A program made the translations under genes and the position numbers. DNA of 63,859 nt, the filler included, from Bigelowiella natans CCMP2755 (lineage: Eukaryota > Protista > Cercozoa): the NCBI GenBank assembly GCA_000320545.1. It is 9 parts of 9 records of this genome, joined end to end, with 100 filler letters (N's around TTAATTAATTAA, not from the genome) between each part and the next. Parts side by side here need not be neighbours in the genome. Positions count along the whole stretch, not along the records: positions 1 to 23,528 come from ADNK01001092.1; positions 23,629 to 29,466 come from ADNK01002598.1; 7 more parts are not named here. One strand, written 5' to 3'. Under the pieces are notes generated by a model that saw only the letters and a list, made by a program, of their open reading frames with translations, searched no databases and was not told the origin of the DNA. Below are positions 12,431 through 27,136 of the stretch, piece after piece (the stretch's first letter is position 1; every line of letters begins with the position of its first letter).

Positions 12431-13247
12431 GCAACTGAACGGTTATTACTATTATCAGCGTTAAGAGTACGAGTATGCTACTGCGTTTAATGTGCGCTAG
12501 GCCGCCGCTGCTGCAACAGCATCTGAAGATTGTGCATTCGTGTTTGTAGGCACGTGTACAGCAACCTCATAAACGGAATCAAGGTTGGTGTAGAAGAAGA
12601 CGGACGGAGAACGGGGATGAATGGGACAAGGAGGAAAGGAGCAAGATAACCGACATTTTCTATATAGAGTCATTAATTTTCGTTTGCCTCTGTAAAAACC
12701 AGTGCTAGCTTCCACACGTACAACATATGGACGTACATGATGAGAAATGATATATTTATTTCTCGTTTACTGCACTTTATGTATCGTGTGCGTGGACGCG
12801 TCCGTTGGGTGTATCGTGTGGGTTTTGGCGGTGTCGGTGACAATCTGTACCAAGCTCTTTAAATAGTAGCTGTTCGGTGCGGGTAGATAGTGTTGCTGTT
12901 TACATTAATGAGAAATCTCGTCTGTGCTAAGAAATCGGACATTGAAGCTGTGGAAGAAGCTCTTAGCTTCGGGGTAGTGATTTGCTGATTATGATGGCGG
13001 TCTTCAATTGTGTTCATAGCATTGTTGAATGCAACCATTTGTTGCTTTTCCTTGGTGTAGCGAGAACATTGTTTCGCAGATCGTTATCATCATCATCATC
13101 ATCATCATCATTATCACTATCGTCATCCCGAGATCTTATGGCTTCAGTATTTTGCACCCTTAAAAACACCTGTTTCTCAGGTCTATAACCCGCCATCTAT
13201 GGACCCACCATACGGGTACTTGCACGTATTCTTGCAAAAAATGCAAT

Positions 13248-13282
<35 letters not shown>

Positions 13283-14011
13283 ATGTATAAGGAACAGAGA
13301 AACCATATACATAGGAGTATCCTAAAAATCGATCCTTGCGCGAAGAGAAGAGGAAACTTTCGAGGGAGCACCAGCACGAAGTCAGTGTTCCTGCGAAGGT
13401 GCCAGAACCATTGATAACACACGCGCATGCTTGCATGCATTTGGATAGAAACGGATGCGTGTGTGGTGTGGGTACAGTGTGAGGTAGTAGACAAGTCTTC
13501 TTAATGTCCATATCTGCACGTCTCTCTTTCTCTTTCTCCCTTTCTCTCTCTCTCGCCGTACGCATGAGTGTGTGTGTGTGTGTGTTTGTGATTTTTTGTG
13601 TGTTTTTGTGTTGGTTTAGGCGACCAACATCCCCCGCGGGCTTGTTCCCGAAAATGCCTTCTCACTTCTTCAAAGATCCCGCCGGGCTATCTCCGTACCT
13701 TACCCCAGGTAGAAATATGGTCAGTAATGCAATTGGTTTGCTATTATTCTTATGCTCTTTGGAGCAACATGTCGTCCAATCCACATTGCCCTTGCTCTCA
13801 CCCGCGTTGGGGTGATTTTTGGTGCGACAAGCGTAGTAATAACATGTTTTGTTTTTTTTATCATCATTTTCCAGCGGATTCAATCGATGAAATCTCACCC
13901 ATGGGAAGCTTAACAAACGGTTATCCTCACCCCTACCCACCCCCGTTTTGGTCCCTATTTTACAATCAAGCACACGCACGCAACACTCACTCGCTCGCTC
14001 GCACTCATACA

Positions 14012-14122
14012 ATGAACTACTTTCAACAAAAGCTTCGGATTTGGAAGGACAGCTCTCCTCAAACTTCGGGACCCTCTCAATGGCAGGTACGTGTTCCCGC
14101 ACCAGTCTCATGCTCTTAGTGA

Positions 14123-14161
<39 letters not shown>

Positions 14162-14903
14162 TGTGCTGGTTTCTTGTAAAGATTCCGCTGGCGAAGGGGA
14201 CAACAACCCCCTCCTCCTCCCCCCCGGCAGTCATAACTCGCCGATGTTCGGATCATCATCGTCATCGCGCTTGGACTCGCCCACGGAGAGAGACCCTCTC
14301 CACCTTACAAGGGGGAGGACGACACGGGGCAGCAGCTTCGGCACCCAGCAACAGCTCCTTCGAATAGGGTATGATGCTAGCAGCAGCAGCAGCAGCAGCG
14401 GTAGTAGGAGGAGGAATAGTAGTGGTAGTAGTAGCAGTGAGAGAAGTAGAACTAGTAATGTGCAGAAGGAACGTCCTTGCAGCAAGGGATGGCGGAGAGG
14501 GAGGGAGAGAGAGAGAGAGAGAGAGAGGGGGGGATAGATGAAGCGCCAATATCTCATCGTTTCTCTCGTCGTCGTCGTCGTTGCCATTCCTCTTAGAGAG
14601 GAGAGGGAGATGAAGCAGTGGCAGGACGGTGCGAGTCAGTGCATGGAGGAAGAAGACCCCAGCACCTTCTACATCCTCTTCAATCGTCGGGAACGATTAC
14701 ACAAGCTTGCTGCAGATGCGGTAGGTTCTCCACGACAGAAGCGATGGTGGCTAATGATGGGGCTACTACCGCTCTTGTGTGCATGTATTGTAGTGAATGT
14801 AGTATGTTCCAATTCATTGGGGTAGGAGGAGGTTGATAGTTGTGGTAATGGTGGTGGCTCCGTGTTCAGTGCAGACCTGCCCTTCTTCTTCGTGGTGGTT
14901 AAC

Positions 14904-14939
<36 letters not shown>

Positions 14940-15357
14940 TATTGATATCACCGTTGGGAGTCGATGTTCGGGCAATGATAGGTTTTAGAGAGCAGCAGCA
15001 GCAGCACGTACACGAGTGCTATTATCTATCAATAACCACAACATATGATAGATGAAAAGAGCCCAGCTTGAAAGAGAGATGCGTGATGCTGAGCAGGTAT
15101 GCGTGTGTGTGCAATGTGACGAGGATTCACGTCAGTTTGTGTAGATGCCATACATTGTACTGAGAGAGGCATTGTGGTGGTGGTGGTGGTTGGAGTGGCG
15201 GTGATAATACATATATACGGCCTGGTCTATCTACTAGTGATACATCCTGCATTATTATGCTGACAATGAGTGGGGCCGAGGCAGCAGAGACATGCTTCCG
15301 CGCTTATTTCTCATTGAGTGTGTTGCCAAATCCACACACACACACACACACACACAC

Positions 15358-15394
<37 letters not shown>

Positions 15395-15765
15395 ACTCTC
15401 TTCAGGCGGAAAAGGAGAAGACGGGGCCGCTAGATTTTGATGATGAGAGTATAGCTGGTATGCGATGACAATGGCTGTCCTATAACTACACAATAGCAGC
15501 AGTAGCAGCAGCAGCGGCAAGGCTACATGCTCCCTCCCCCCCCCCCGCGACAGTCGAATAGTAGATAGTGATTCGCTATTTTAGGAGGAGGAGGATTGAA
15601 TCGTCATTACATTTGTTCTCCGTGTTGCTTCTCGTCATTCCTCCTCTATATATGCAAATCAGGACCCAAGCCTAGGGTATCGAAAGGGTTCTCAATGCTA
15701 TGGGGGAATACGAATTGAGATATGTGCAATATAACATATACACACACACATATGTATAAATACTA

Positions 15766-15810
<45 letters not shown>

Positions 15811-16069
15811 TAATGCTCTACGTGATGTTTCAGTGGAAGGGGGAACTAATAAGCTGTACTCTCCAGGCAAGAAGTGAGTGATAATCTAATCGTCTCTGCT
15901 ACAATTTCGTTCGATAATAAATATAACAATAAAATAAAATTAAGTCTATGGTAAGATTTCCCAAGATGGAGTGTTCAATACGTGATAACAACATCAACGA
16001 TGATGACGCGTTGTTCCCACATACTTCGGAGAGTCCTTCGCACCTTTTACACAAATAATTGTATGCAAG

Positions 16070-16106
<37 letters not shown>

Positions 16107-16814
16107 GTGTGTGTGTGTTTGTGTCATTCTTCTCACGTACCTCGTGTGCATGTATGGTGCGCTATTAAAGCAGCGACAAGTCGCCACAGGAGGCAGACCA
16201 GGTCAGCAAGAAGAGGATCGAACGAGTGATCCCTGCCGTACATACCAAGGGCGATAGAGCTTAGTTTTCTTCATCTTGAGTGAGTATCTTTCCTCTGGGG
16301 CCAGTGAGCGAACAGGCTTTGCGCGCTGCGTGCATACGCGTGCGGTGCCGTCAATTGTCTATATATATGCACGCAGATTTATTCGACACGAAGCTCTCTG
16401 ATGCGCACATCGCCCAGTGACGTCTTGAAGGGGGTGGGTCGTAGCGAATGAGAGGACAATAGTGGTTGCGTTGCACGAGTCCGTTGAGAAGTGCCATCAT
16501 CGGACATCTTATATCCTTCAAATATGCTTGAATGATGAAAAGAGAATTACGCTGCTCTGCCATCACCATCCACCGCGCCTCTCCCTCGTGGGGGAGTCTC
16601 TATCTGTTCCTCCTCATCCCACTCTTCCCCTCCCCTCCTGTCTCCTCCTCCTCCTCCTCCTCCTCCTGCACCTCACTCATACTACCATCAAATTTGTATA
16701 CTTTTAGTCTTCGCCTTCTCGCATAAGTAGTAGCAGAGCCAAGTTGCAAAGGTTACGGTCTTGTTGTTGATCATGAATATCATGCTTTCATATCTCCGCC
16801 CCCCCCCCCCTCGC

Positions 16815-16875
<61 letters not shown>

Positions 16876-18548
16876 ACACACACCGAAACAGGAGGAATCA
16901 ACGAAAGAAGAAGTCATACAAGTTGAAGGTCAGCGAGCACCCTTTCTGCTATGATAAGCCGCAAGTGAAGAATCGATGAGCTATGACGATTCCTCATCAT
17001 CCATAGCTAGTGCTTCACCTGCCCCTCACATCTAAGAAACATCTGCACGCATTGTCATCCTCTTCTCTCTTCCCTGCTCTCTTAACGTTCTCTACTGCTG
17101 CTGCTGCTGCTGCTACTACCTACTGCCGCTGCTGGATGATGACATTATAGATCACCCTGAAAGATATCGCCAACTTGCCAAAGGAAGACCGTGGACCCTA
17201 TGTCTCAGGTAGTAGTAGTAGTAGTAGGAAGAGAAAGAGGGTGTGAGATACACACTAAAGATTAAAGGAGGAAGAGGGAGGAGGAAAAGGAGGGAGAGAA
17301 AACATCCATTCTCCGGACTTCTTACAGTTTCCTTCCTACCACTCAGAAAGAGAAGAAATAAAAAAGGGTGGGTTGGGGTGATTAAGAAGCTATTTTCCCC
17401 TGTTTGTATCATATTCCCTGCATCCCCCCCCCTCCTCGCTTCCGCAACAACATCCTTCCCTCTGCCCCTGCCACCTTGTCGCAGCGAAAGGGCGTTATCC
17501 GTCACCGTACGTCCGCATGTGGACCTCGGAGAAGGACTCCTTAGAGGAGGGGGAGCGCGCATCGGACGTCATCTTGTTTGAAGCTAAGGTACATTGTCTC
17601 GATTCGCGTGCCATCATCGGCTATACCTTCTTGCGACCGTTCTGTCTTGCTATCAAGGGGGAAGGGAAGGGGCGAAAATATACGCATCAATGAGGTATAT
17701 GTTTGTTGCTGTTGTTGTTCTTTTGGCTCTTGGCGCTGCTATACCGTTGTGTTTTAGTTCGCAAAGAAGCATGCGGTGTGGGATGAAGCTCAAGTCCTCA
17801 TGCTGCACAAGAAGTAGTAACCAAGCTTCCATCAACCAGAAAACACCCGGGAGGGGGGGAGGGGGGGAAGAGTGCAGGGAGGGCGTTCACAATAGAACAA
17901 TGTGCGAGATTTAAACATATATATATGCGCGCGTGTGTGTTTGTGTCTCAGGAAGGAGCAGCGGTTCCTGAACATCGTAGTATTTGATTCGAAGGTACGT
18001 ACAGAAAAGCGATGTTTGTGAGCGAATGCAGTGGCGAGGGAGTCAGTAAGCGAATGATGGAGTAACTAAAGTGACGCGGTGGCAGGAATAGGGACGAGGG
18101 ACAATAATACAACAACAATAACAACAACAACAACAACGAGGGAGGACGAAATATTTCCTCAGCTATGTAATTAAAGCTTCCTTCTTCTTCTTCTTCTTCT
18201 TCTTGCTGTTGATTTCTTTCCTCCTCCTCATAATATAAAGGTGGTGAAGGGCCCGCCAGTAATGATATCCTATGTTACTGTCTCGCTTCGCGCTGCAACT
18301 CGTGCATCCAAAGAGGTCGGTCGAGGATGTAGTAGGATAACATCCCCCCCCCCCCTTCTCTCTCTCTGCATGTGTGTGTGTGTGTGTGCGATGATGATTT
18401 GAAATGGACAGGACGGGATGGTGGAAATGGGGATGTTGCTGAGCGAGGACTGGGCCGGCAGAGTACAGGAGAGTCCGGTAGTTGTAGTAGTAGTTGTTGT
18501 CGTTACTGTTGTTGTAATGCTTGTGGTAGCGTGCATGTGTTATTTGTG

Positions 18549-18606
<58 letters not shown>

Positions 18607-19122
18607 CACAGTAGCAATGATGTTAATTATGACCACTTAGACTCATGATGATGACGATGATGATCAAGAAGAAACAAGCTATATCAAAACACCTTGCTTT
18701 TCTCCTTCCAAGTCGAAATTTTTTTGGTTGTATCTGTTGTTGTTGTAAGTACCGTTATTTGTTTTTCGTTGTTGCTGTTTTCGTATTGTCATCCATCCGA
18801 TGTTTGCCTTATCTCTGGCGACCCTACCCCTACCTCGTACACCTCAGGCCGCTGCGGGTTGCAGAATACAGTTTCAAGTTGTGGCACGGAAGTAAGTGGT
18901 GGAGGAGCGACGACGACGACGATGATGATGATGATGATGGCGAAAACTTGTGTGCACATAAGATAGATGATGGATCGAGGGAATATGATAACAACACGAA
19001 GAGAAACACAAAAGAGAGGGAAACTATGCTGCAGCCTTGTGAGCTACTATGAGAAGCATGTTTGCGAGGATCTCGCTAAAGCTGCTCCCTTGTCTTTACT
19101 CGTAGTATCGAAGAGAGCTTGA
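14012..19122 (+). CDS. Multi-exon protein with a C-terminal C2 domain
   Basis: Exons 17151-18891 splice to ITLKDIANLPKEDRGPYVS|AKGRYPSPYVRMWTS...VILFEAK|FAKKHAVWDEAQVLMLHK|KEQRFLNIVVFDSK|VVKGPPVMISYVTVSL...|AAAGCRIQFQVVAR. This fits the C2 pattern (SPYV, VWDE, L-x-I-x-VFD). The 5' exons are low-complexity and uncertain. Confidence 0.65.
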
Positions 19123-19889
19123 CCAATCGCCAGAAACTTGTCGATCGGCTTCAAAAGGTCCAAGTTTTGCCATCACTATCAGTAGTTGGATCGGAATAGG
19201 CGTAGAAGTAGAAGATAGGAATCAAAGTTGGAACTATCTCCCTCATAGCATTGTGTTCGTGAAGACGCGCTGCCGCTGCTTTCTTTTGATAAGGATTGGG
19301 AAATAAAGCATGGCTGCATTTCGATTCATCGTAGTTACTCACATCTGAGATGTGGGGCACTTCTTTGATAGATATATCCGGTCTCCCTCCCTCCTCTCCT
19401 CCTCCCCCTCCTCCTCCTCCTCCTCCTTTTCATTCATTCTCATATATGAGTCATGTCATCATCATCATCATCATCATCAGTTAGCTCATCAAATTTGGTT
19501 CTTGTTCCTTTGTGTGTGTGCCATCGACGGGGGGGGGGACAGATACCGATCGAGATTCATGCTATAGAGGGTAGTTTATGCTAAATCCTCCGTCTCCCCT
19601 CTTCTTTCTCCTTCACGCTTGTTGTTTATCCTCCCCCCTCGGCCATACATTCCTCCTCCAGATTCCCTGTCTTTTTCATTTCCACCCCTTTTCCTTGTGC
19701 TCCTCCTTCTCCTCTCTCTCTCCCTCTCTCTCTCTCTCTCTCCCCTCCCTCTTTTCTCTCGTTCTTTCTCTCCCCTCTCTTCGTTATGTACATCTTTCAT
19801 ACTGCTGATGAGCCTTCAGGCTCCGTAGATTCTTGTTTCGTAATGTTGTCTTTCTTTCTTCCTTCGTGTCTTGTTTATGCTCGTTCCCA

Positions 19890-19990
19890 GGGCTTCCAGA
19901 GAGCCAACTACCCCCTCCCAACGGCGATGTTCAGCTCAAGGCAAAGGCCTTTCTCTCGGAGCTCGAAGACGAAACGTGATATTGACGATT

Positions 19991-20022
<32 letters not shown>

Positions 20023-20550
20023 AATTATGACGGTGGGGACACTAACCATTGTTACCGCTGCAGTTGTCGTATATCTGCTGCAGCTTTTCGTTTTGGGTTG
20101 TGATTCATTGGCAGCTTGGGCGTTACCTGCATCTTCCGTTGATATGCTATCCCGCTGATGTTAATTCTTCTTGTGTCTTATGATATTTCTCCCTCCTTTT
20201 CCTGGGTTTTGTTGCCGTTGCTGGTCTCCCCTACTTCCTCTTCATCGTTATCCTGCTAGCGTGTCCGCGTGTGCTCTCTCCGACGCGCCCTTTTCCGTGA
20301 TGTCTTCAAAGACATCTGTCGCGGTATAATAACTACACTGGGAGAAGAGGAGTCTTGAACGTAATTCTTGTCACTGACGTCTACACTTATCCGTTGTGTT
20401 GATGTTTCTAAGGAATGGAAAGGGGAGGCCCAAGTACAGAATAATCGAGCTGAAGCGTGGTAAAGAAACCCGGGGGGGTAAGGGGGGGCAGAGGAAAAGA
20501 GAAGAGTAGGGATGCTGCACTTCCGCACCCACTTTGCTCCCTCCATCATG

Positions 20551-20585
<35 letters not shown>

Positions 20586-22843
20586 TATCATTAATGTGAT
20601 GCATGATTTCTTAGGACTTCTTCGGACAGCAAAACCCTTGTGTGGGGATTCGGGGGGAGGAGGGATATTGAGTAATAGCAGCATGCCTATGCCTCCATCG
20701 ACAGCTGCCGCACCTCATCATCCGCTGCAACAATCCCCTTCGCAGTGGGCACTTTTCCTTTACTGCTGCTGCTCCTGCTGTGTTGTGTTTACGCTGGTCC
20801 CATTTTATCTTTACATCATTCAGTCTCTTTCACCCATGATCCCTATTATCATCGTCGGTGTCATCATCTCCATTATTTCAGAGAGGGCCGTAGTCATCAA
20901 ACTGCACATACCTCACCTCACTTCTTCTGTTATTTTTCCTTCTTTTACTGACTGCTACTACTTCTATTGTTGCTGCTGCTGCTAACTACCTGCACGCACC
21001 TACCACCGCCGTGGGATTTTACTGTTTTCATAAACGATAGGTTCAAGAACGGGGTGCTCTCATCGGCTGGTGCTCTGTGCTTCTACCTCGAAATCTCTTC
21101 TTCTTCCTCTTCTTCTTCAACAACAACCAGCAGCAATCGAGAGCAAGACCGCCCAAAGCCAAATTTCCGCCCACGCATCATAGGTAAAACTATTCATGCT
21201 TGGAAGGCAATCAGCAAGGAAGGCAACAATCAGCTTCGGTTTTGAATGGCCCTAACCCCTTCTTCCTCTTATTCTCCTTCCTTCCTTCTGTCTGTCTTTC
21301 TTTCTTCTTCGATCGCACCCCCAGGGAGTGCTGCGATGACGCTGGAAGCTATGATAGACGGAGCATCGAGTCTGACCTTCCGGAACTACGGAGGAAGGGT
21401 AAGAATAATAGCGCAGCCTGAGAGCGAACACACCGTTGCCCCACTCTTCCATGAAATGCGATTTATGCCATCATTCCGGAAGGCGTGTTTTGATGCGTTT
21501 TCTGAGCGGTTTTCCTCAATGTTTCGCCCCCACTCACCCACAGCGGTCGTCACGGGGTTTCACGACGTCATCGAGCCGTGGCAATTTCTCCTCCTCAAAC
21601 AACAACTCTCCAGCAGCAGCAGCATCTCTGAGCAATAAGAGGATGGACATAGGTTAGTAATAGCAAGTGTGTCATTCGTCAATTTACTGCTTCTCCGTTT
21701 TATCATCTATTGCAGGACTGTTCTCTTAGACCTGCGCTCCGTTTACCCCCCCCCCCCCCTTACCCTGCACCACCTCAAATATCTCTTCAAGCTAAATATC
21801 TTCATTGTCTTCTCAGGAGGCTCCTGCCGAGTTATATTTACCGTGGGAAGGTGCTTCTTCTCGGTACGGCGACGCTATGAATGGATTTTTCGTGCAAATT
21901 CGTTGATCGGAACATGCAGTCGTATGTATAGATGGTTCATTGCATGATCCTCGTTGTCCGTCGCCTTGTTATGGTTGATCGTGGCATCCTTTTGTTGTTT
22001 AGCGTGATGCCCCTCGCAGGAGCATATTGTGGTGAGAGCCGCCTTCCTTATTTCCACACTTTTACTCGCCCCGCCCCTCAGTTCAGGATATTGGCCGTGA
22101 AAGGGCTGAATATCGATGGGAAGGAATGTAGGAGGCCATTACACTGCACAGATGAGAACGACGACGCTGACCGCGATCATAGCGATGATATGTTTGAGTG
22201 TGTGATTCTGAGTGTGTACGTGTGTGTGGTGAGTCATATCAGTTTGTTCTTAATTACTGTATATTACATATATCGCCCCCCCCTCGCTCGGTACCATCAA
22301 TTATGGCAGTTGAGGAGAAGAAATGCTATGTGGAGGCCTGTTTGCGCTCATATTCGTACGAGCGGGTATGTTGCAGCCAATTTTTTTTTCCTGCTGCTTG
22401 TGTTTCCTCCGTCTCTCCTTCAATGAGGAAGGGAGGCTCAATGAGTAAAACTCTCAGCAATGTCCTCCGCACTTCGATTTGCTAACATCCTCAATTTTGT
22501 TGTTTTTTGGGGGGGGGCAGGTGAGCAATGTTGTTCGATGGGAAGGCGGAATAAGGTAAAATTAAGCAGCTCTCGATCTTGCCTCTGCTGCTGCCATAAA
22601 CCTGTTGCAGAATTGAAGGGGGGGGGGGGGGGGGGAGATATTCCCTCGTGTCGCATCTCCATCATCATCATCATCATCACCACCACCACCACCGTCTCAC
22701 CAAGCAGGAAAGGTTCTGGGAAAGTGGACTTCAGCCGGCTGCAGTCGCGGCACTTGTTGTGCGACATCAACGACGAGCCACAGAGGATAACACTGTGCGT
22801 GCGCAAACGCGTGATTTCGGGCAGGGATATCACATACACGGAG
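19890..22843 (+). CDS. Multi-exon hypothetical protein, truncated at the contig end
   Basis: Series of AG/GT-bounded exon-like blocks, e.g. GSAAMTLEAMIDGASSLTFRNYGGRVRIIAQPESEHTVAPLFHEMRFMPSFRK and KVDFSRLQSRHLLCDINDEPQRITLCVRKRVISGRDITYTE. No family recognised. Confidence 0.45.
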
Positions 22844-23528
22844 GTAGTAGGCGTGGCTTTTGTGCGAGAACATGATGTAGCATATACACTGATCACTCTG
22901 GTGCTACTCGTTCAGTTTTCTACGTGTGTAATCGCAGTTCCATCATCCCTCTTATCCTATTTCCTCTTCCGCATTCATCTTGTTTGGGAGCTGGGGGAGG
23001 ACGGGGGGGGGGGTTGGCGTGCCACTAGACAAGGATAAAGGCGTTTCTTTGTGAGAAAGCCCCCCCCCCCCCCCTTACCCCTCCGCCCCTCTATCCTCGC
23101 GGGGACACCTTAACCCCTGGAAAACAAAACGAGGTTTGTATATTCACAAATATATTTATATAGATTTATAAAAATTTAAAATGTATTTTTTTTAAGAATT
23201 CCCGGGGGAAAAAAGGGGGGGAGGCCCCCCCTTTTTAGTAAAGCAAAAAAAAAATACCCCGCCCCCACAAAAGCACCCCTGCGCGGGTGTGGAAGAATTT
23301 GCGATATGGGGTGACCCAAATGCGGAAAAAAAACGCCGGGGTCACCCCCGAACAACCCGGGGTGGTTTGTTGTCCAGGGATTAAAAAAACTCGGAAGAAA
23401 AAAACCAGCTTGGAGGGAACTTTTCGGAGGCTGTTAATGTGCGAGAATTAACGCCTCCTGGGGTGTCCCCATGAACCAAAGGTCACCAGAACAACAAAGC
23501 GGCGGCAGGGGGCAAGTCGGGGGCACAA

Positions 23529-23628
23529 NNNNNNNNNNNNNNNNNNNNNNNNNNNNNNNNNNNNNNNNNNNNTTAATTAATTAANNNNNNNNNNNNNNNN
23601 NNNNNNNNNNNNNNNNNNNNNNNNNNNN
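23529..23628. other. Assembly linker (N-run + TTAATTAATTAA + N-run). Same linker at 29467-29566, 35627-35726, 42032-42131, 56589-56688, 59762-59861, 60962-61061 and 62434-62533
   Basis: 100-bp spacer containing a six-frame stop oligo; artificial. Confidence 0.98.
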
Positions 23629-23629
23629 G

Positions 23630-24355
23630 GGGGGTTTATTCGGGCCGCGAAGCGACTGGCCCCAGACGAGACCTCCCATCAATGGTCAAGAAGAGCGGAA
23701 CCACGGCAAGATGGGTGGTCGTGTCGTGGTCGTGCCCCCCGTCTGCCACCAACACAAGAAAAACCGGGAAAGGCAAGAACGCGGGTGTTTGGGGGGGGGG
23801 CGGAAGAAGGCCTGGGAGGAGGCGATGGAAGCAGCCATTCGGCTTGGGACGGCCAAGTCGTTCAGGTAGTAATAACAATTTATTAGTTGATAATGTGCTT
23901 GGTGGTATTGTTCTCTTCTTTCGTGAAGTCCCCACGTACCGCTCATCATCATTTTCTTCTTCTTCTCCTTCTTCTCATTCTTATCCGTCCCTCCGTTGTT
24001 AACTTTCAGCATCGGATTAGAAGCTTGTGCGCGGTCACGAAAATGGCCGAAGGTGCGGGGCTTGTGGGAGAGAATGGGGGAGGAACACAAGGACACCTTC
24101 GCGTACACGGCGATGATCAGCGCTGCTACAAGGTAGTGAGCGTGTGCTCGTTTCTACCCTAATCCATGTCGCATCATCATCATCGTCGTCGGCATCGGTA
24201 CAATGGCTGATTTCTATCCTGGGTATGTTTGCTCTCGTCAACGCAAGGTGTGGTCGCTGGGAAAAAGCAATTGCGGTATTTGAAGAGATGCAGGCAGGTA
24301 GAAGCAAGCCATTCTCACGCTCTCGAGAAATGTCTTAATAATGTTTTTGTCACGC

Positions 24356-24404
<49 letters not shown>

Positions 24405-24734
24405 AGCGAAAGACGTGATGGTGGATGAAGTAGCTTACAACGCTGCAATATTCGCGTTCGGTGTTGGAAAACAGCCTCTCCGTGCTCTCGAGATGCTGAT
24501 TCGAATGCAACAGCACAATCTCAAGGTGAGGGATATGAGGGTGAGGGAAGAAGTGTTAAAGAATTAGAGCCTTCAACCAAATAAGTATACATTATATCAA
24601 ATAGCGACAGCAACTTTGTAGAATGCAGAGGGACAAATGACATTCTGTACTAAGGACACCTGGGACTTTCTACTCCACGCGATGTGTTTCTCTCCCTCTA
24701 CCTCTGCCTCTCTCCCTCCCCCCCCCCCCCCCTC

Positions 24735-24781
<47 letters not shown>

Positions 24782-25338
24782 CTCCACCCTTCTCATTCCC
24801 ACTTTTCCTCTTCAGATGGACAGGACGAGCTTCAACACTGTCATTTCCGCATGCGCCAAAGATCCAAGTCGCAACTAACCAAACACCGCATCCGGAAACG
24901 GAAACAATAGTTGGCTGCTGCCGCATATTAAGGATAATCTTCTTGTCTGCGAGCCCTGTGTGAATGACCTCCTATATCCGCGTTGTGCTGCTGCTAATAC
25001 TGCTGCTGCTGCTGCTGCTGCTGTGGTTTTGTAGAGCATTGGAGCTTGGCCCTGGACTGTCTGAACGCAATGATAAATGATGTAAGTGAGGTTTCTTCCA
25101 TAGCAATATTACTGGATTATTGATGAAGATGATACATACTTTGGAGAGCCTCCACCCCCCTCCCTCTCCTTCGTCAACACCTGTTCGTATATATATGCCC
25201 TACCCTCTTCATATGATGATCTCGACGACGAGTGTGTGATGATGTGGGTTGTTGTGGTGCTGTTAGGTTGGAATCTTACCAGATATCCGAACGTATAATA
25301 CGCTGATTTCGGCACCTTCAATTCCTAAAGACGTAATA

Positions 25339-25383
<45 letters not shown>

Positions 25384-26068
25384 ACCCTCCCCCCTGTGCG
25401 TGCGTGTATAGTTATACCATATTTACATAACACGTCGTTGTTTCAATAAAACTGGCCTCATATTTTGTCCAAATAAACAGGAGGTGATGAGACTTTGGAA
25501 AGAAATCGACGCGAGAGGGTATCATCATCATCATCATCATGATAATCATTATCATCATAAGCAGCAATAGCAATAGCACTGGCCATAAAAACAGCTGGAT
25601 GAGGGAGGAGGGCAAACGTGCACAATCAATGAAAAATGATGAATCAACGAGGAGGAAGAGGCCAGGAAGGGGGGGGGGGAAGGGGGGACTCCTCAATATC
25701 ACAGCTATTTATGAAATTCACTTCTCGTTCACGCTGCTGATTATCATTACTAGATTAAAGAAGGACGTCTTCACGTATACAGCTGCTTTCAAGGCTGACA
25801 TACCAGAGGTTTTTCCCTTTGAGTTTTATAAATATACTACAAGAAGATGCTACTTGAGTGTTAGGCCTTTTCTTCTCGTACGCACACATACTCTCCTGTA
25901 TTTTTTGTGAATCTAACTATACATGGGTTGTCCTCCTAATCTGAACCCCCTCCCCCCCCCTCTCCCATCTACCTCCCTGTCACTTAGACGGAAGAAGATG
26001 CAATAGGCATATTTCGAAGCATAGAGAGTCCAGATACGGTCTTGAGAGCACAAAAAGAACTTATCAGC

Positions 26069-26099
<31 letters not shown>

Positions 26100-26533
26100 C
26101 GACGACGACGACGACGACGACAACGACGACGACACAAGACGACACTACCAACATTTGTAATGGGAAGAACCACCAATTATGACGATCAATCTTTTGCGAA
26201 AATATATATGCAAAAACGATTGCTGCCGTTTACGTGTGTTGTTTTTGTTTGTGTGCTAACAATCCAATCAAGATATGCGTGAACGCACTGCTGGATTACT
26301 TGGCCAGGCGAGGGCAATGGGAAAGCTCTCTTTCTCTGATAGAGAAGATATCACTCTCCTCTGCCTCCCATAGTCATATCGATAAGGGCGGGGGGGGGGA
26401 GGAGGAGGGAATTGGTCATCCTGACAACATCAAGGAGGATCCAAAGCACCAAAATCATCGCCTTGCTGAGCAGCTTGATGACTTCACGTTTTCGTCTATT
26501 TTAAAGGTATGTTACGCGCGCGCGCACACACGT

Positions 26534-26599
<66 letters not shown>

Positions 26600-26719
26600 T
26601 TGCACATTATTACATTTATGATATTATTAGGGGATGAATGTCGGTAGGGCATGGCAGCAGGCACTCGATATGCTCAAAGGAGGGTTGTACGTCAATCACC
26701 ACGAACAACATCAATATAC

Positions 26720-26769
<50 letters not shown>

Positions 26770-26804
26770 TACATTTATATATCAGAGACGATGACAACGA
26801 CAAC

Positions 26805-26838
<34 letters not shown>

Positions 26839-27096
26839 TGGTTTCGAACAATACGTGAGTAACACCAACCACACGAACAATGAGATTTGTTGTATTTTGA
26901 TTCCTTGGCCCTTTCGGTCGCCCTGTCACAGGGGTAGAATCGGTGCAGCGGCGCGCGGCAATGCGCCTTTTAATTGCGGAATAACCGCGTGTCACATCGG
27001 GTAGAAGCACAGCACACAATTCACAAGCTAAACGTGCGATTACTAGTAGGTCTTAATGTTGCTGTTGATGATGATCACGGCCATTATCGATAGATG

Positions 27097-27136
<40 letters not shown>

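Noticed and set aside
23040-23528. Unusual homopolymer-rich sequence
   Set aside because: It looks like a low-quality read tail after a poly-C run next to a gap. The same applies to about 29200-29466 and probably 35330-35626.
23573-23584. Recurrent TTAATTAATTAA motif as a biological repeat or array
   Set aside because: It is always embedded in fixed-length N runs, so it is an artificial six-frame stop linker.
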